DNA of 16,403 nucleotides from Escherichia coli (GTDB lineage Bacteria; Pseudomonadota; Gammaproteobacteria; Enterobacterales; Enterobacteriaceae): NCBI RefSeq assembly GCF_048403405.1, contig NZ_CP183130.1; one strand, 5' to 3'. Shown piece by piece: positions 15,131 to 16,403 of this stretch (position 1 is its first letter; each line of letters starts with the position of its first letter). The notes under the pieces were generated by a model. It saw only the letters and a program-made list of their open reading frames with translations, ran no database searches and was not told where the DNA came from. The position numbers and the translations under genes were made by a program.

Positions 15131-16403
15131 ATGTTTAATCTTCCGGGATGGTTGTTTACCGTTATAGCGCTGGTCCTCACCCTGTTCGTTATCGGGCTGA
15201 TATTTGCCCGCCTGTACCGCCGGGCATCGGCAGAGCAGGCCTTTGTCCGCACAGGTCTGGGAGGCCAAAAAGTGGTAATGAGTGGCGGTGCAATTGTTAT
15301 GCCCATTTTTCACGAAACAATTCCCGTCAACATGAACACCCTGAAGCTGGAAGTCAGTCGTGCAGCGGCTGAAAGTCTCATAACCCGCGACCGCATGCGT
15401 GTTGATGTTGCCGTTGCCTTTTTTCTTCGGGTAAAACCATCAGCCGAAGGAATATCCACTGCAGCCCAGACGCTGGGACAACGCACGCTCACACCTGAAG
15501 ATCTGCGTAGTCTGGTCGAGGATAAATTTGTTGATGCCCTACGGGCCACGGCGGCCAGAATGAGCATGCAGGATTTACAGGATGCCCGCGAGAACTTTGT
15601 TCAGGGTGTGCAGAACACCGTTGCGGAAGACTTATCCAAAAACGGTCTGGAGCTTGAAAGTGTGTCGCTGACAAGTTTCAACCAGACTGCACGGGTACAT
15701 TTTAATCCTGACAATGCCTTTGATGCTGAAGGCCTGACCCTTCTGACCCAGGAAACAGAACGTCGTCGTCGCGAACGCAACGAAGTTGAGCAGGATGTTG
15801 AAGTGGCCATCAGGGAAAAAAACCGGGATGCACTCTCCCGACGTCTGGAGATTGAACAGCAGGAAGCCTTCATGACTCTGGAGCAACAACAACGGGTAAA
15901 AACCCGTACGGCAGAGCAGAGTGCCAGTATTGCTGCTATTGAAGCTGAACGACGTCGTGAAGCAGAGATCCGCGCGAATTCTGGCTGAACGTAAGATAGA
16001 GGAAGCCGAAATCGAACGACAGCAGATAGTGCGTACCCGCCAAGTCGAAGCCGAACGGGAAGTGGCCATACGGGAAATTGAGCAACAGCAGGCAACCGAA
16101 ATCGCCAGCCAGGCCAGAGCCATTGCCGTGGCGGCAAAATCGGAAGAGCAGTCACAGGCAGAAGCCCGGGCAAGTAAAGCACTGGCTGAGGCCGTACAGG
16201 CCCAGCAGGATGTGGAAACCACCCGCCAGACTGCGGAGGCCGACCGTACCAAACAGGTTGCCCTGATTGCTGCTGCTCAGGGAAAGAGGAAGCTGAAACG
16301 AAAGCGGTTGAACTGACGGTTCGCGCACAGGCTGAAAAAGAAGCGAGCCGAACTCCAGGCAGCAGCAATTATTGAACTGGCGGAGGCCACCCGTCAGAAA
16401 GGT
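15131..16403 (+). pseudogene. yqiK: YqiK-like flotillin/SPFH (band 7) protein gene, interrupted by at least three frame changes; continues past the window end
   Basis: First 285 aa (N-terminal TM helix, FARLYRRASAEQAFVRTGLGGQKVVMSGGAIVMPIFHE...) match E. coli YqiK as I recall it. Frame ends at 15988. The coiled-coil continues in frame 0 (15921..16316), then frame 2 (KEEAETKAVELTVRAQAEKEA), then frame 0 again (AELQAAAIIELAEATRQKG) to the window end. Confidence 0.7.

Noticed and set aside
15601-16368. 255-aa and 206-aa minus-strand ORFs antisense to the yqiK-like gene
   Set aside because: Shadow ORFs in a repetitive GC-rich coiled-coil coding region; Ser/Arg/Ala-rich low-complexity products; the plus-strand SPFH reading is far better supported.

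Overview
This window reads as backbone DNA from a large enterobacterial conjugative plasmid with an IncFII-family (IncI/IncB-like) replicon; no known novel system is evident, but several uncharacterised genes and apparent frameshifts deserve follow-up. All calls rest on reading the sequence and ORF translations by eye against remembered protein families; no searches were run. Left to right: a type II partition locus (parM/parR, minus strand) with a putative upstream centromere of ~10-bp periodic A-rich repeats; two uncharacterised genes; a complete impCAB SOS mutagenesis operon behind a near-consensus LexA box; a second, type Ib partition cassette (small ParA-like ATPase plus a small putative DNA-binding partner) bracketed on both sides by same-orientation 8-bp TTATCTTG iterons; an AT-rich stretch carrying an uncharacterised 362-aa Cys-cluster/nuclease-like protein; a FinO/ProQ-family gene apparently frameshifted in an A-run; a small membrane protein; a GC-rich structured region and origin with a perfect DnaA box; repA with an inferred 29-aa leader peptide and antisense RNA hairpin; a NusG/RfaH-family paralog followed by two terminator-like hairpins; and a yqiJ/yqiK-like membrane/flotillin pair in which yqiK is broken by at least three frame changes. 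The most interesting items are the 362-aa protein, the NusG-paralog/terminator module, and the frame disruptions in the FinO-like and yqiK-like genes (real pseudogenes or indel errors).
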